In this document: positions 38,001 to 49,838 of the stretch, one piece after another | How positions within the stretch are numbered: the first letter of the stretch is position 1 | Layout: each line of letters starts with the position of its first letter | Source: Oikopleura dioica | Lineage: Eukaryota > Animalia > Chordata | NCBI GenBank assembly: GCA_907165135.1 | Contig: OU015567.1 | Span: 8,432,001-8,496,000 of the forward strand | Length of the DNA stretch: 64,000 nucleotides | Reading direction: 5' to 3' | Translations under genes and position numbers: made by a program | Notes under the pieces: model-generated | The model's database searches: none | Told to the model about the DNA's origin: nothing | Seen by the model: only the letters and a program-made list of their open reading frames with translations

Positions 38001-38869
38001 TACAGTCACTTTGCAGAGCATTGGAAAAGGGGATGAAAGGAGCACAATAAAGAAATACAACTTTAAGACGAAAATTTACAACCATAGAAGGTACCTTAGT
38101 TTTTTACCTAAAACAAAATCTTTATCGCTTGAATTCGCTAGGCCCGAAACTTGCGTAGAAGTCCTCCAAAACGGCTTCGACCAAGATGGTGTGTACACAA
38201 TCTTTATCGGCTCTCATGGAACACTCGAAGCGCCAGCGTATTGTCGTCAGAAAATCGCTGGCGGCGGCTGGCAAGTTATTCAGCAGCGCTCGCTCCAGAC
38301 GCCGTATATTCAGCCACTTATGAAAGATTATGTCGAGGGCTTTGGAAGAGCAGATAGCGACTTTTGGATTGGCCTAGGTATTCTGATACCCGATTTATTC
38401 GTTTTTGCTAGTCAATTTTAGATACAATGTCGATTTTGACCGAAAAACCGAAAGAACTGCTCATTTATATTCGCGACATCTATGGAGCAGAGCAAGTTGC
38501 GCGCTATTCTAGCGTCAAAGTCGCATCAAAAGAAGATGATTACGTTATCCAAATCGGTAAAAAAATAGATGGAGACATAGAAGACGACTGGACGATGACG
38601 AATGGAAGACCGTTTGGAAATTTCGATCATAACAGGCCACTCAGTTGCATCGATCCTCTTGCTTATGGATGGTAAGATTATTTATCCTCTATTGGATGCT
38701 TATCATTTTAAGGTGGCACCTGCCTTCCTGTCAAAATCCTAACTTCAACATCTTCATGGGGCGCCAGAGACCAATCGTCCGGCGAATAAACCCCGACGGA
38801 GTTATAGAAGACGTTGCCGTGGCAGAAGCCGCGATGATGATTCGTCCACCGCAAATTACTCAAAGCTAG
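20012..38869 (+). CDS. TNC: Tenascin (heptad region, ~9 tenascin-type EGF repeats, long FN3 array, C-terminal fibrinogen-related domain)
   Basis: Heptad LERKIDRLTKLVRRLKDK (~21945); CPNDCSGNGKC...C-C...W-G-DC repeats at 22157-23437 and 30582-30640; many FN3 repeats at 30650-38090; FReD PETCVEVLQNG...GGGWQVIQQR...FWIGL. The architecture is diagnostic of tenascins. The symbol marks the family, not paralogue orthology. Start codon tentative. Confidence 0.9.
24590..24775. repeat. Left GC-rich subterminal repeats of the hAT element (GGCCCCCGCGCCCGCCCGC-type)
   Basis: Repeated CCCGCGCCC motifs separated by AT-rich spacers; same motif family as the right end. Confidence 0.8.
24785..25067 (-). pseudogene. 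Captured fragment of a host 5'-nucleotidase domain-containing (NT5DC1-like, HAD-IG) gene inside the hAT element
   Basis: Frame reads IKDDIFNSFEYSYEPYAFQVDRGSFFPRLKKEPDYFIRPCSKETKNWLLEMGRRKKFVFLMTSSNADFAKSIL, resembling NT5DC1 (…G.YFP.IK.DP..Y...C...VK.WL..LK..GK...LITSS). It is preceded by an in-frame TAA and lacks the rest of the protein. Confidence 0.7.
25324..26067 (+). CDS. Intronless transposon cargo protein (247 aa): N-terminal CxxC...H...H zinc finger, possible chromo-like segment, RING-like domain, C-terminal SIM-like motif
   Basis: YCKLC...SHLRHLRTDH; SIEHFII...GGKQLWARIKW...FQLSW; CAIC...C...H..HKNC...CPHC; VIILDDTFDD. ORF is uninterrupted and AATAAA follows at ~26121. Confidence 0.75.
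   Translation: MSDYVPIFKMPADKELRYCKLCFWAGTRKSHLRHLRTDHSELFLDGNRPRSSEFCSASEPTEERTYDISIEHFIIKEDNQGGKQLWARIKWNLNNNKRTRFQLSWAKGYVFFDNADLEETIKRTLQKQYTKCGAEKAKEIYDKMKTVATTHEFSNCAICFERIDIDDLCIFLTTAETTCSDKVIHGIHKNCRNTDIATDFVECPHCRQKGYFYPFLNPGTADNKQVPGDNVIILDDTFDDMPPLSPL
26157..26748. repeat. Tandem array, ~106-bp unit x ~5.5, alternating A/B variants, each with CTGATTGGCT-type CCAAT box
   Basis: Units start near 26157, 26265, 26371, 26474, 26581, 26690 and alternate AAAATACTGG / GAAATGCCGG. Confidence 0.9.
27192..29430 (+). CDS. hAT transposase-derived gene, spliced, apparently lacking the central catalytic segment
   Basis: NLS-like RKRKR; BED-like KIACRGRC; TNEIRW (TRW-like motif); AAIYVSVPYK; C-terminal hAT domain FWQD...FPKLSKIA...ATSCEAEREFA...KRNRI. 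Confidence 0.75.
28392..28456. repeat. (TTCGC)n-type microsatellite in a transposase intron
   Basis: gcttcgctttcgctttcgcttcgcttcgcttcg... Confidence 0.85.
29555..29800. repeat. Right GC-rich subterminal repeats of the hAT element, including ~3 copies of a ~41-bp unit
   Basis: CGCGCCCGCCCGCACCCGCGCAAAATTTTGAAATCGGCCCC repeated in tandem at ~29659-29795. Confidence 0.85.
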
Positions 38870-39054
38870 CCACAAAATTGATTAAGAAAACAAATGTACA
38901 TTTATGATCATTACTTCTTCAAATTCCAGACTGCAAATATCTCTATTGCTCGTTTACTTCTATCAAGAAAATGTAAATAAATCTGTCTATTAAAAAGCTG
39001 TTTCTAAGATATGACTCATATGAGAGTAAGAAACTCTAAAAAACGAGCATTTAT

Positions 39055-42000
39055 TTAAAATTTTGAATCAAAATAAGTTATACGAAAGAAAAGATGAACA
39101 TGGTCGGATTCGTTCACAAGAACACCTTGAGTTTGCCCAGAAAGATCGTGATTTACTCTCGGCGACTCGCGTGATGGCGCTAAAGATGAGTGAAGAGCAT
39201 CTTCATCGTCTGTTGATTGGACAAGATTTTCGAGTTCTTGTTCTGCAGAATCTTGTAAATCTTCATCGTCGCTGCTTTCGCTGAAGTAAGGAGCTTTTGT
39301 TGTAGGAATCTGTGGAGGTTCTTTTTCGATTTCTCTTTCTTCATTCTCGCACGAATTGATGTCTTCAGTTATTTCTTCGCTGACTGAGTCGACTTCTTCA
39401 ACAATCTCATCTGGCAATTCAGGATCGCGATCATCTTCAGATTCTGCTTCTTCTGAGCTTTCAACCTCCTCAACGATCTCTTTATCAGAATCTTCAAAAG
39501 ATTGTCATCGACTGCTACCGATTTTGATTTTTCCTCAACGACAGTTTGACCGACCTTCTGAAGCGATTCATCAGGCTCTTCTATTTTCGATGGCTCTTCT
39601 GCAGGGTTTGATAAATTGATTTCATCTTTGGATTCGATTTTGATGCCACTGTCGATCTCTTTGTCATCGCATTCTTGATCGTTTTTGGTGAAATTTTGAT
39701 GATTTTCATCGTTATCAGAAAAGTCAGCTTCTATGACAGTTTCGTTCAAATCTTCCGCCTCGTCGGCTGTCGATACCGCGGATAGATCAACAGAAGTGAC
39801 TTCAGTGAGCGACATTTCTTCGGAGCAATACTTGTCAGTTTCGGCTTCAAGAAAAGGGTCAAGGAATTGGTAAGATTTATCGGGCTTGATGAGGGGCGAC
39901 TCGGTCATTTTCGGCTCTGAAGATGTCGGTTTTAGAGAAGATCGCTCGGTACCAGTTGTTTTATCAGAAGGAGATTGAGTAGAAGGAGAATTCGATTTTG
40001 GGGAAATTTCTTCCTTGATTTCAGATTTGGGCGAATTGGAGGCTTCTTTTTGTTCGATATTTTCTTTTGTCTGGACTGCTTTTTGGTTCAAAATTTCTTC
40101 ATTGCTTGTTTGTGAAATAGGTTTATCTACATTTTTCGTGTTGTTCTCTGCACTAGATAGTCAGTAGTCGAGGACACCGACGGAGTTCTCTTCGTCGTCT
40201 TCCGAGTGAATTGTCAAAGCTTCTGCTTTCTTTCGCACGTCGTCGATTAGTGGCCCAGTGAGGGGTGGGGACGAGACGGAGTGATTTCGGCTTGGAATTT
40301 TGATCGATTTACGAAGAAACTCGATGACATCTGAAACGAGAAAAATGTTCAATTTTTACGAGTTAAGGAATGACCCACCTTTTTGCTGGCATTTTATAGC
40401 GTAGTCCATCGGAGTACGACCATATTGGTCCTCGGCTTCGACCGGAACGCCAGCTTTGTTAATGAGGAATTGAGCAGCTTCCACGTGACCTCTCGCTGCA
40501 GCGAGGTGGAGACATGTTACGTCTTCGTATCCGGGCTTGAAAGGTCAAATCCGTTGATGTGGGCGAACATCAAGCGGTGTACGTCGTTTGTTTCGGCTGC
40601 GACCATTAATTTAATGAGCTGCACGGTTTCTGAAAAATAAGTCAGTTAGGTTTATGATCTCTCATGGGCGTTGGCCAACTCTGACCTAAATCTCTTATTT
40701 ATTATTAACCTGATTCAGTACTGTTGGAGAAATCGTGAGCCAATCGAACAGGATCGTACTCATGGAAGTGAAATTTCTCGTTGAGCAATTTGGCGAATTC
40801 AAGTGCTCTGATAGAGTTGGCAGATTTGTCAATCTTTGGAGAGTAAAGAGCAAAACCACCGAAGTTGGGAATGATGATCATTGTTCCTCCGCTGATTCCA
40901 GATTTGGCAGGAAGGCCGACTTCGAAAGCCCAGATACCAGAGTGGTCGTTCATACCAGCGGCAAGCATGCAAGAAAGAGTCGATTTGACCGAGTCGTTGG
41001 AGAAGCACTGTTGGCCGGTGATTGGACAGATACCGCCATTTGCTAGAAAAAAGTAATTTCAAGCTTCAATGCGAAATATTTTACCAAGAGTAGCAGCAAG
41101 GACAGAGAGTGAGTCACAGTTGACAGTGACGTTGCACATTTGAGTGTAGACATCGAGCACATGTTCGACGTTTTTCTTGCTGGCGATGCAGCCTTTTTCT
41201 CTGGAATAAAAATTAAGAGTTTTTAAGTGTTGTAATTATTACCGAAGATAATATGAAATTGAAGAGTTTCGATGGCAATCCTCTCGTTCGGACATAAACG
41301 CAGCATAATCAAAACTAACTGCGTTTTCATCGTCTGCTTGAATGCCCGCCACTTGTCTCATAAAGTCCAAGAATGATCCATGTCGATCAGACTTGTTCAT
41401 TTCCTCTTTGTAAAGAGAAGAAAGCAGAATCGCACCAGCGTTGCCCATAGGATTGTGAGGTCGGCCTTGGTCGTCGAGCTTGATGACATTGAATTGGCCG
41501 CCAGAGGTTTCTTGGCCGACAATCGCATGGATTTTTTCGTGACCGAGCTCGTCCAAACTCATTGCGTAGAGGAACGGATTCATGAGGGCCTAAAGAGGGT
41601 TAGAATTAATGACTTAGCAGACAGTTCTTGCCTGCATGGTGAACATCTTCTTTTTCGACCCGAATCCGCATCTTTGTCCATCAACAGAGCAGAAAGACAC
41701 TGCCCACTCATCATCACAATGATACTCTTTCAAGTACTGTGTGTACGTAGTGAAATCTCCTTTGCACTGACCCCAAGTTTCGTCGTACATTTGTCGAATA
41801 TCACCGAGGAAGGTGGGGAAGTCGGCGATTTCAAATTGATTCTGAATCGCTTGGTAGAGAATTTCCTGGCTGTTCGAAATGACGCCACGGAAGGTTAGGA
41901 AGTCGATACCATGAGCATCGTCTCCGTCGAGGTTATTGACAATGTAGTCGTGGCACTCATCAATGTTGCGGCTGAAAGGTTTATTCACTTCATGTCAACG

Positions 42001-42407
42001 AGCTCTGCAACTTACCGAACGTCATAAAGTCGAGGGTCATCCAGCTGCAAGCCAGTGCGCCTAATGACTCGAATAAATCGCTGTCTATCGAGATTTCCTT
42101 GTGGAGTCTTAGATCGATCGAAAATCATTCTCTCGATTTCTTCGTCGCCAGAGCTCGTTCGGCCCATTTCTCGGAACTCTTCAAGAACATCTTCTGTAGA
42201 TGTTATTCTGGGAAAATGTTAAGCTTGCTTTCTTTCTTACTGTAGGTCTTACGTTTGGGTAGAGTCTCGTTTCTTGAGTTCGAGAAGACTAACAGGTCCG
42301 TCATTCGCCATGTCCAAATCTCGACCAAGTCGTTGTCGACCTAACTCAAGAACGACCTTTCGGAATTTGGTCAAAATCCTCTTTCTCTTTGCCGGTCCCA
42401 AAGTCAT
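39055..42407 (-). CDS. Glutaminase (GLS)-family homologue with ankyrin repeats and a long acidic C-terminal extension; catalytic residues substituted
   Basis: WAVSFCSVDGQR, PHNPMGNAGAI, ANGGICPITG, VGLPAKSGISGG, TCLHLAAARGHVE...DQYGRTPMD. Two apparent 1-nt frameshifts near 40533 and 39497. 3' end tentative. Confidence 0.85.
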
Positions 42408-42842
42408 CTTCAATCAGACTTTTTTCGTTTCTTGGCTCGGTATCAAACGCCAAGCTAAAGAATAGTGCTCTCAGGGATCTGGGGCACTCGTTATATCGGA
42501 TACGCCTAAGCAATAAATTGAGATTGAAATCAGAACTAACGCGTTTACGAGTGTGTTTTATAGCGGTAAATGACAAAGATCGACAAATGATTTCGGCGAA
42601 ATTTTAATTTTCAACCGGTTTGGACGAGTTCGCGAGTAATTAGTTGGAATGAAAGAGGGTTTTTTAGTGAACCATCGAGTCGGGAATTCAAGCGGAATTG
42701 GACCTTTCGAAAATTAGTGACCTAGAATTTTTGATTTTTATCTTCGCCTAGAACTTTTTGGCCATCTAACCTTCGGAGAGTTTTAAATTGACTGCTTCCG
42801 TCCACCTTTTTTATTGAATAAAATGATGACCTGAAGATATTG

Positions 42843-44072
42843 TCACAATGACGATATAAGCTGCGGCAAAGTACCAAACGTCTGGATATATTTATAATAC
42901 GAGCTTTTTTTAATCATTTTTCTTCGAAAAATTGTACAGTCTAATCGTTCAGCGGCATGAGATGAGCTTTTGAATGAAGAAAAAGCGTTTTCAAGTGGTC
43001 GCTGTATTCCTTCTAAACATATGTTTTAATTTTCTGTATCATACCTCTTTCAAACTGACCTGCTCTTCGATTTTCTCAAGAATCTGCCAACTAAACCTGG
43101 AATTGTTAGTCATGAGAATTTCTTCGGTTTTTTCATTAGAGAATCTTGCTAGGTTGATATCGCATTTTATCGCAAGGGCAAACGCTAAAAGAAAATATGT
43201 AAAAAATGTATTTGGAGGTTTTTCTTACTGAGATAAGAAGCTTCATAAACAGCAATGGTCCCAGATGATGTTGTCAGCATTCCACTTATTTGAGTGCATT
43301 TTTCAGTTTCGTTCAGTTTTTGAAAGAATGTCGCAAGTATTCCCATTATCACAACTTTAGGCCCTTGAATGGCAAGAGGAGGATCGAACTCTTTCTCGTC
43401 TATAAAACTGAAAAGCTTTTTTGTGTCCAGTTCGTTTCGATCAAGAACAGCTGAGAAATGTCTTCGAATGAGAAAGTCCTCGTTTTCGTTGAAAATGTAG
43501 CCTTTGTTCTCAACTGCTGCTTGGTATTTCTTTTCTACGTCTTTTAGACAAGCTTGATTTCTAACCACGCATGCAAGATCTGCAACGATTGCCTCATCAT
43601 CAGAAAGATCCGTTCTAGTGTACCAAACCAGATTCGAATACGCTTCTTTTATCGAAATTTGAAGATTTTCATCAACCAAGCTTGCTAAATTTCCATCTAC
43701 TCGGGAGACAAACTCGTTTCTCCAAGAAGCAATTGCTTTCCAAATTTCAAGATTACTCTCGTGCTTGATTATTGTCAGTCCTTGGCGGATGATTTTCTCG
43801 TCGTCGTCACTTTCAAAAAGATCGATCAACATATTTTTGCGCTAGAATTTCTTGAAAATAAAGAAGATCGAAACTCGTACCTCTTGAAGATTAAATTGAT
43901 TAAAATACTCTTCTCTTTCGAAATAAATCTCTTCATATTTACTCTCGACTGTTTCTGACTGATTAACTTCGTGAATTTCAAGAGTTTTGTTCAAAGCTGC
44001 CATCAACCAAATCATCGCTAAAAGAAAACATCCAAAAAGATATTGCTGCCGTCGAAACATTTTTGAAAGCAA
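42843..44072 (-). CDS. Type II membrane protein, possibly a Golgi glycosyltransferase-like protein
   Basis: N-terminal RRQQ plus hydrophobic anchor (YLFGCFLLAMIWLMAAL); 215-aa exon ORF 43185-43832; last exon ...ERLDC...FGTLPQLISSL*. Family not established. Confidence 0.55.
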
Positions 44073-44172
44073 ATGAAGACTAAACTGGTGAGAAAATTGA
44101 CCTCAACAACATATTTTCAAATGCAAATAGAGATTCTCCGCGTTTATTTTTTGAGGTTTCAGATCAGTTTAA

Positions 44173-44927
44173 GGATATACCCGATAAAATTGAACTTTTA
44201 TAGCGCCGAAATGCGACGTAAGATCATATATATTTCAAAAGCAATTCTACGTTAAAATGCACGTAGAACTCAAATCTGGTACTTCTTTACATTTTCTCAT
44301 TTGAATTTTTCTCTTTAGAGCGATTTCAAATCTTACTCTCTCGATTACTCGAAATTTTTTGTATAAATCGGTCGAGATTTTTCGATAAATAAGTTCTTTA
44401 GACCCTTATCTGCAATTTTGATGGTTTACTTTTCGTTAATTCCGAAGGAAACCGATTCTAGAGCCATTTCATTGAGGGCTACTCAGCGCGTAAAAGCTCT
44501 ACAAAGCGGCGCGCTGGGAGCTCACTCACTCGACTCCTCTTTTCCGAGAGAAAGTGCGTGGTTGAGCGCACCGCTCTGATTGGTAGCACGCGAAGAAACG
44601 CGCAGAGAAGAAAAATAAGGGTATAAAAGAAGAGAACACTAGAATGGAAATTCGATCGAGTTTAAGAATTTGATCCCATCAATTTTGTAGCTTAGCATCA
44701 TTGCAATACAGAATACGGTTCAGTTTTAGCGATTTAGTGGGAAAATTTCGAGAAATCGAGAGAGTTTGTTTTCAAATCGCTCTAGAGAGGAAAATTCTAA
44801 TGAAAATTTCTAAAAAAGTACCAGAATTTAATTTAACGCACAATTTTAAGTAGGATTGCTATTGAAATAAAAATGATCCGACTTCGTATTTAGGCGCTAT
44901 GAAAGTTCAATTTTATCGGGTATATCC
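44173..44927. mobile_element. MITE with long (~190-bp, diverged inward) TIRs and TTAA TSD, Kolobok-like
   Basis: TTAA|GGATATACCCGATAAAATTGAACTTT ... AAAGTTCAATTTTATCGGGTATATCC|TTAA; no coding capacity seen. Confidence 0.85.
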
Positions 44928-45000
44928 TTAAATTCTAAGGTCAACAATTGACTCAACACACCTTTTTGAAAAATGGAATGAATCAGTAGATTATTTAAAT

Positions 45001-46869
45001 CTAAAATATGTCATTTGAACATTTTATATGATTTCGATGATACCACAGTTCGGCAAGCTTATCAGCGAAGCCTAAAATATATTTATAAGAGTAAGATCAA
45101 TATCTAGTTTTTCAAACCTTCTCCTTCACTTTTTCCATAACGATCATCTGTGTATTGTTTCTCATTATCCTTCAAAACACAATCACTTTTATGCAAGATC
45201 GATGGTCTGCTGCACCAAGCAATTCTTAGCTCCCCAATCGCGTCTATGAAAAACTCCCGATGTCCTTTTCGTTCGAATTCCGGATCTAAAATCGACTTTT
45301 CTTCCTAAAAAAAACTATTTTTGTACCAAAACGAATTTTGCCAACAGTAGTTGTTCGAGCAAGGAAGAAGTTTTCTATAATATCGACCACTTGACATTCA
45401 TTCTCATAGCCCGGCAAATGAAATGAACTGTATTTCTTTCTATCAAAACAGTATCCATCAGGTGATTTTTGTAAATCCAAAAAGTCATTTTTTGCCCAGC
45501 CGCCCATTACATGACTGAATGACATTTTTAGAGGAGATGAAACGGTTCGGCCGAAGGTTAGGGTTCGGGTCTTTTTTAGGTATTTATAATTTGTTGGTAT
45601 TAATTGACTGTTTGAATTTACCCATTTAAAGCTCCACCGATTATATCATAGCCCGTGTTCTCAGCAACTGCGACCATGTACTCCAAGTTCGTTTCTTCCG
45701 AAAAAATGAAATCATCGTCGACCCAAAGGTAGAATTGCGTGCGAACTTGACTCTGTGCTAGAGCTCTTCCGGCGAACCAGCCCTCTCTTGCCGGCATTTT
45801 GTATTGTTTAACAGTGACCAGCGGGTTCTTGAGTTCCTGGAAATGATCTGTTGGATTGTCATCTGCGACTATCACAGTAATTCCGGGATAGAAGGCGGCG
45901 ATCGATTTTATTAACCTATCGACGCAAGGGTACCGGAGATACGTTTTCGTGATGACGGTAACTCGATCTTTGATCGAATTTGATTTTCGCTGCGTCAAAA
46001 CGGGCAGTTTCGTCCTTTCAATTGTCACCGGGAACTGGATTCTGAAATTGATGTCTCCAACTACTTCGAGAGTGACGACATCTTCAAGTTTTCGACCGTC
46101 GTAGGCTTCAGGAATGTAGGTGGTCTGCTGTAGGGCAGCGTTGAACTCTCCTACAGTCATCTCGTTTCTGCTTATGAAATTGTGATATTCTAGTGTGTCG
46201 GATCGGAGAAGCCCAGGACCATCAATAGCGCAAAAGAAGCAGGAAAATTTGACATTAATTATTTTTGATGACGAGGCCGTCACTGTTATGAGCAATGCAA
46301 CAGATTCGAATGGCTTCAAATTGATTAAAAATGGCTGATATTTTGGCGATCGTAATCAAATACAGACTTTTTATCAATTTCCTGAACTTTATATCCACTT
46401 GATACATATTCAACCGGAATATTGCTAGTGGCAAGCAAAAGAGGCGGCTTTGCGATTTCAAAATAGTGGTCTCTCTGCCATAATTTAACATCATCAAGAT
46501 GCTCTCTCGTAGGCCGAGGCTCAAACCCGGACTTTTTGCATTCGCAACTTCCTCCTTCGATTTCATTGAAAATTTCTGGGATTTCTCTTGACCAAGGGCG
46601 AAGATACGAGATGTCAGTTATATCGTGTTTTCTGTAAATTCTTTGAGACAGTTTCTTTCTTGCTTCGATTTCAGAGTTGTTAGTTCCTGGAAACGATGAT
46701 TGATAACAGATTTTTTTCTCGAAAAGATCTTTATTTGATAAAATAAAATATTTTTATAAAGAAAACGTTTATTATTTACAATTATTAATAATTATTTTGT
46801 GCTTTGTATCATTCCTGAAATATTAAATCCAAGCAAAAAGCCCAAGATAAGGGAGTAATATTCTCTCAT
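45001..46869 (-). CDS. Beta-1,4-N-acetylgalactosaminyltransferase (B4GALNT1/2-like)
   Basis: VTVITKTYLRYPCVDRLIKSI...IVADD; GWFAGRALAQSQVRT...LWVDDDFIF; DIIENFFLART; N-terminal membrane anchor. Confidence 0.85.
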
Positions 46870-47183
46870 TTAAGAAGTTTCAATATAGAAAATTTTTTCA
46901 TCCCGCAGGTTCGTAGACAACCGGCCCCCGATTTCATCAGCGATAAATTTAAGACCGGCAACAACTGCTTTAACACGGGACATGAGCTATCAACAGCGGC
47001 TTAAAACCAATGAAACAACTTATTTGAAACTGACATGAAGAAGAAGAAATGGAAAAATATTTTAATATTGAATCTTTTTTACGGACAATGAGAGAGAAGT
47101 TGTTAATTGAGGTTTATTCGTCTAAGGAGATAAGGTTAGGAACACCCAGAGTTTCTTCCCAACTTCATTTATGTGGCCTTGTA

Positions 47184-47465
47184 CCATGGAGTTGAGCTCT
47201 AAGTGGAGATAGGAGAATCTGAGCGACGGAAGCCCTCTCCGTCGCTCGATCTGAGCGCGCCTAATTCAGCGCCAAAAGCTGGAGATTGCCTTCTCGGTTC
47301 TGTGATTGGCTGAATCCCTTCATTTCCGCAGAAATGAATTTCGAGATTCTTCTGAAGCGCCCAGCACGCGCTTAGGAAAATTTCTAGACTTCCCTCCGAG
47401 TGATCTGCGCGGGAAACGGGAAAGGAGACCCGGGGGCTTTCTCCACTCAGAGTTCAACTCTATGG
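47184..47465. mobile_element. 282-bp MITE, TA TSD (Tc1/mariner-type), inserted in the final codons of the adjacent gene
   Basis: TA|CCATGGAGTTGAGCTCTAAGTGGAGA ... TCTCCACTCAGAGTTCAACTCTATGG|TA (imperfect 26-bp TIRs). Confidence 0.85.
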
Positions 47466-49378
47466 TACATGTGAGTTTCTCCAGTGTAGGTGAGCCCATT
47501 TTCCGAAGCGCAAGTTCCGGCTGGCTTCAGCTGGTTTCCCTCGCAGCAATGATCGGAAGGAGCATTGTAGAGTTGGAATGAGCCGACGCTTGTTCCGCAG
47601 CACTTACTCTCATGCTCTAAAGATTTGTAAAATTTTAAAATCAAAAAGTAAATCTTACCGATTCCTCCTTGGGCTTTCAAACAGTTGACATTATCGAAGT
47701 TCTGGAACATAGGATTGAGACTGTATCCGGAGAGAACAGTAGCGAAAGCTTTGTCACACTCGCAAATCGCAAGCTGAAACGCATCTGAGGCGTCGCACAC
47801 ATTATCAGTCGGTTGTGGATACTCCCAGAAGCCTGTTTGCCAAAGATCAGTGGTGTTAGTTCCTAATTTGAGAACATCAACTGAGCATCGGACGCATTTC
47901 TTCCAGCCGTTGATCGCCAAATCGACTTCATCAACCGGTCGGCCATTATTATGAGCAAATGGCTCTAGAAGACCTCGCCCAGTGCAGCCGTAGTCGGTTA
48001 GTGCGGTTCCAGAAAAATCTGGAGCAAGAGCGCTAAGCCACCACTGCATATCGCTCTTTGCTGGTTCGGCGATGAGTTTGACGCAAAGTCGGTCGCTTGT
48101 TCGCTGCATTGGATCGTAAGCAATAGCGCAGAGATCGTGGGAACCAGCTGCAAGTTGGAAGAGTGTAGGAGTCCACGAACAGTTGGAGTGGCCGCTGGTT
48201 TTGTCGACATCTGTGCAGGTCATTCCTGATGGACCGGAGAAGATGATTCGGTCGAGATCAACAAATGTGTTGCCGTTGGCGGTGTACTCAGCGTAATAGT
48301 CGAGAGAAATTGAGCCCGAAACTTTGATGATATCTCCATTTTGAGGACTCGTACCGGTGAAAGCAGGAAGACCTGTACAATGATCGTTAGAGGCTTGTCG
48401 ACGACCTCGGTGATGTCCAGTTTCGCTGTGATCTTCGCCAAAAAGATTGGCGAAAAATTTCTCACCGGAAGATGCAATCTCTGATCTAATAGAAGAGGCC
48501 ATGGAAGGAGTCCAGACCGTAGCCATGAACTGAGCTGGTACAGATGATCGAAGATTGCCATTAACATCGTAGTCTTCAACCTGGATGGCGAGAGGTTTTA
48601 TTCCAGATGCAAAAGCGTCTGCGGAGGGGTCGTATGTGACGATGCAGTTCTCCTCGTCGAGAATGAGAGAATCAAATCGACCCTGGTCACGTGAGAGCGC
48701 TTCCGCTTCGTCAATGGTCGCCCAGCGACACTTGACGTTGTCGCCATCTGGATCACTAGGATTCAAGAAGAGCTTCTGGTCAGTGCACCCCGTCATGATG
48801 TACCAAATAGCAGGGATCTTGAACTGCGGTGAATTGTTGGTCAAATCGTAGACGGTTGAAGCAAAGTTGTAATCGCCATTGATGAGGCTACCATCATCGT
48901 CATGCATAGAAATGGTGCAGCAGCCATTAGCGACATGTTTAAATGGCTGGTTGATATTGAAGGTTTCATCGACGTAGCCAAAGCAGTAGTGGACGCCAGA
49001 GTCCAGCGCAGCTGAATCTTCGATCTCATTGACGATGTATTTTCCAGTTGTTCCATTATTGCCGTAGGCGATAATGTCAATTCCGGACATGTCAGTGATG
49101 CTCTCGGTAATCATCGAGCCACTAAAAATTATTTAATTGCTTATTTGGAGGTAAACAGCGAAATTTAAAAAGGGCGACAACGAACATTTTTCAGCATACC
49201 TAGCACTCTGGCTGGCAACATCAGCATCAGTACAACCCGTGCCATACCCATCCATGCCTCTTCTCCAGCCCATTGTTCGGGTCACCTGAAGATTACCGCC
49301 ATCTTGTCGATATTGGTAGGAGCCAGCGCGGTAGTGGGAAGCAAAAGTAGAGGAAAGAACTGTCCCCAAAAATTTCAT
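47447..49378 (-). CDS. Secreted Cys-rich protein, paralogue A: SHYRAG N-terminus, NNSPQF/DPDGD domain, RGRR site, degenerate sPLA2-like C-terminal domain (oikosin-like)
   Basis: Signal peptide; LTDYGCTG...GRPVDEVD...WKKC...CECDKAFA; CC...YN...CC tail; highly similar to the neighbouring gene. Confidence 0.8.
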
Positions 49379-49838
49379 CTTTTTCAGATTTTTTGGGATT
49401 ACTGTCCGTTCTCTTAGAGTGAGTACAAAAAAAAATATCAGGCTGTATTTATATATTCGTTATCAGCCCGTAGTTTGAGAATTCGATCGGAAAAGATAGT
49501 GAAGTTAAAATCGATCAATTCCTTTTTCAATTCTTCGTTTTCGTCTGAGTTTGCGGTTAGCCACAGCCAGCACATTTCTCCGATTACCTTGTCAGCAGAT
49601 TTGTCTTTGCTTGAATAAACGTATTTTTTAGGTTGAGAAATTTGAAAATTTTCAGGGTTCGAAAATAGACTTGATCAAATAAATGTCAGTTTATTGAAGT
49701 TTATTAGTGTTGCAACACCGATTGTTAGTAAAGAAAAAAGGGAATTAGTAATTTGGGTTCACAGGTCAAAGGTTATACAATTTACACACTCTTAAGTTGC
49801 TTTTTATCACATCTTATTGCTTCCATGATGGATTTAGT

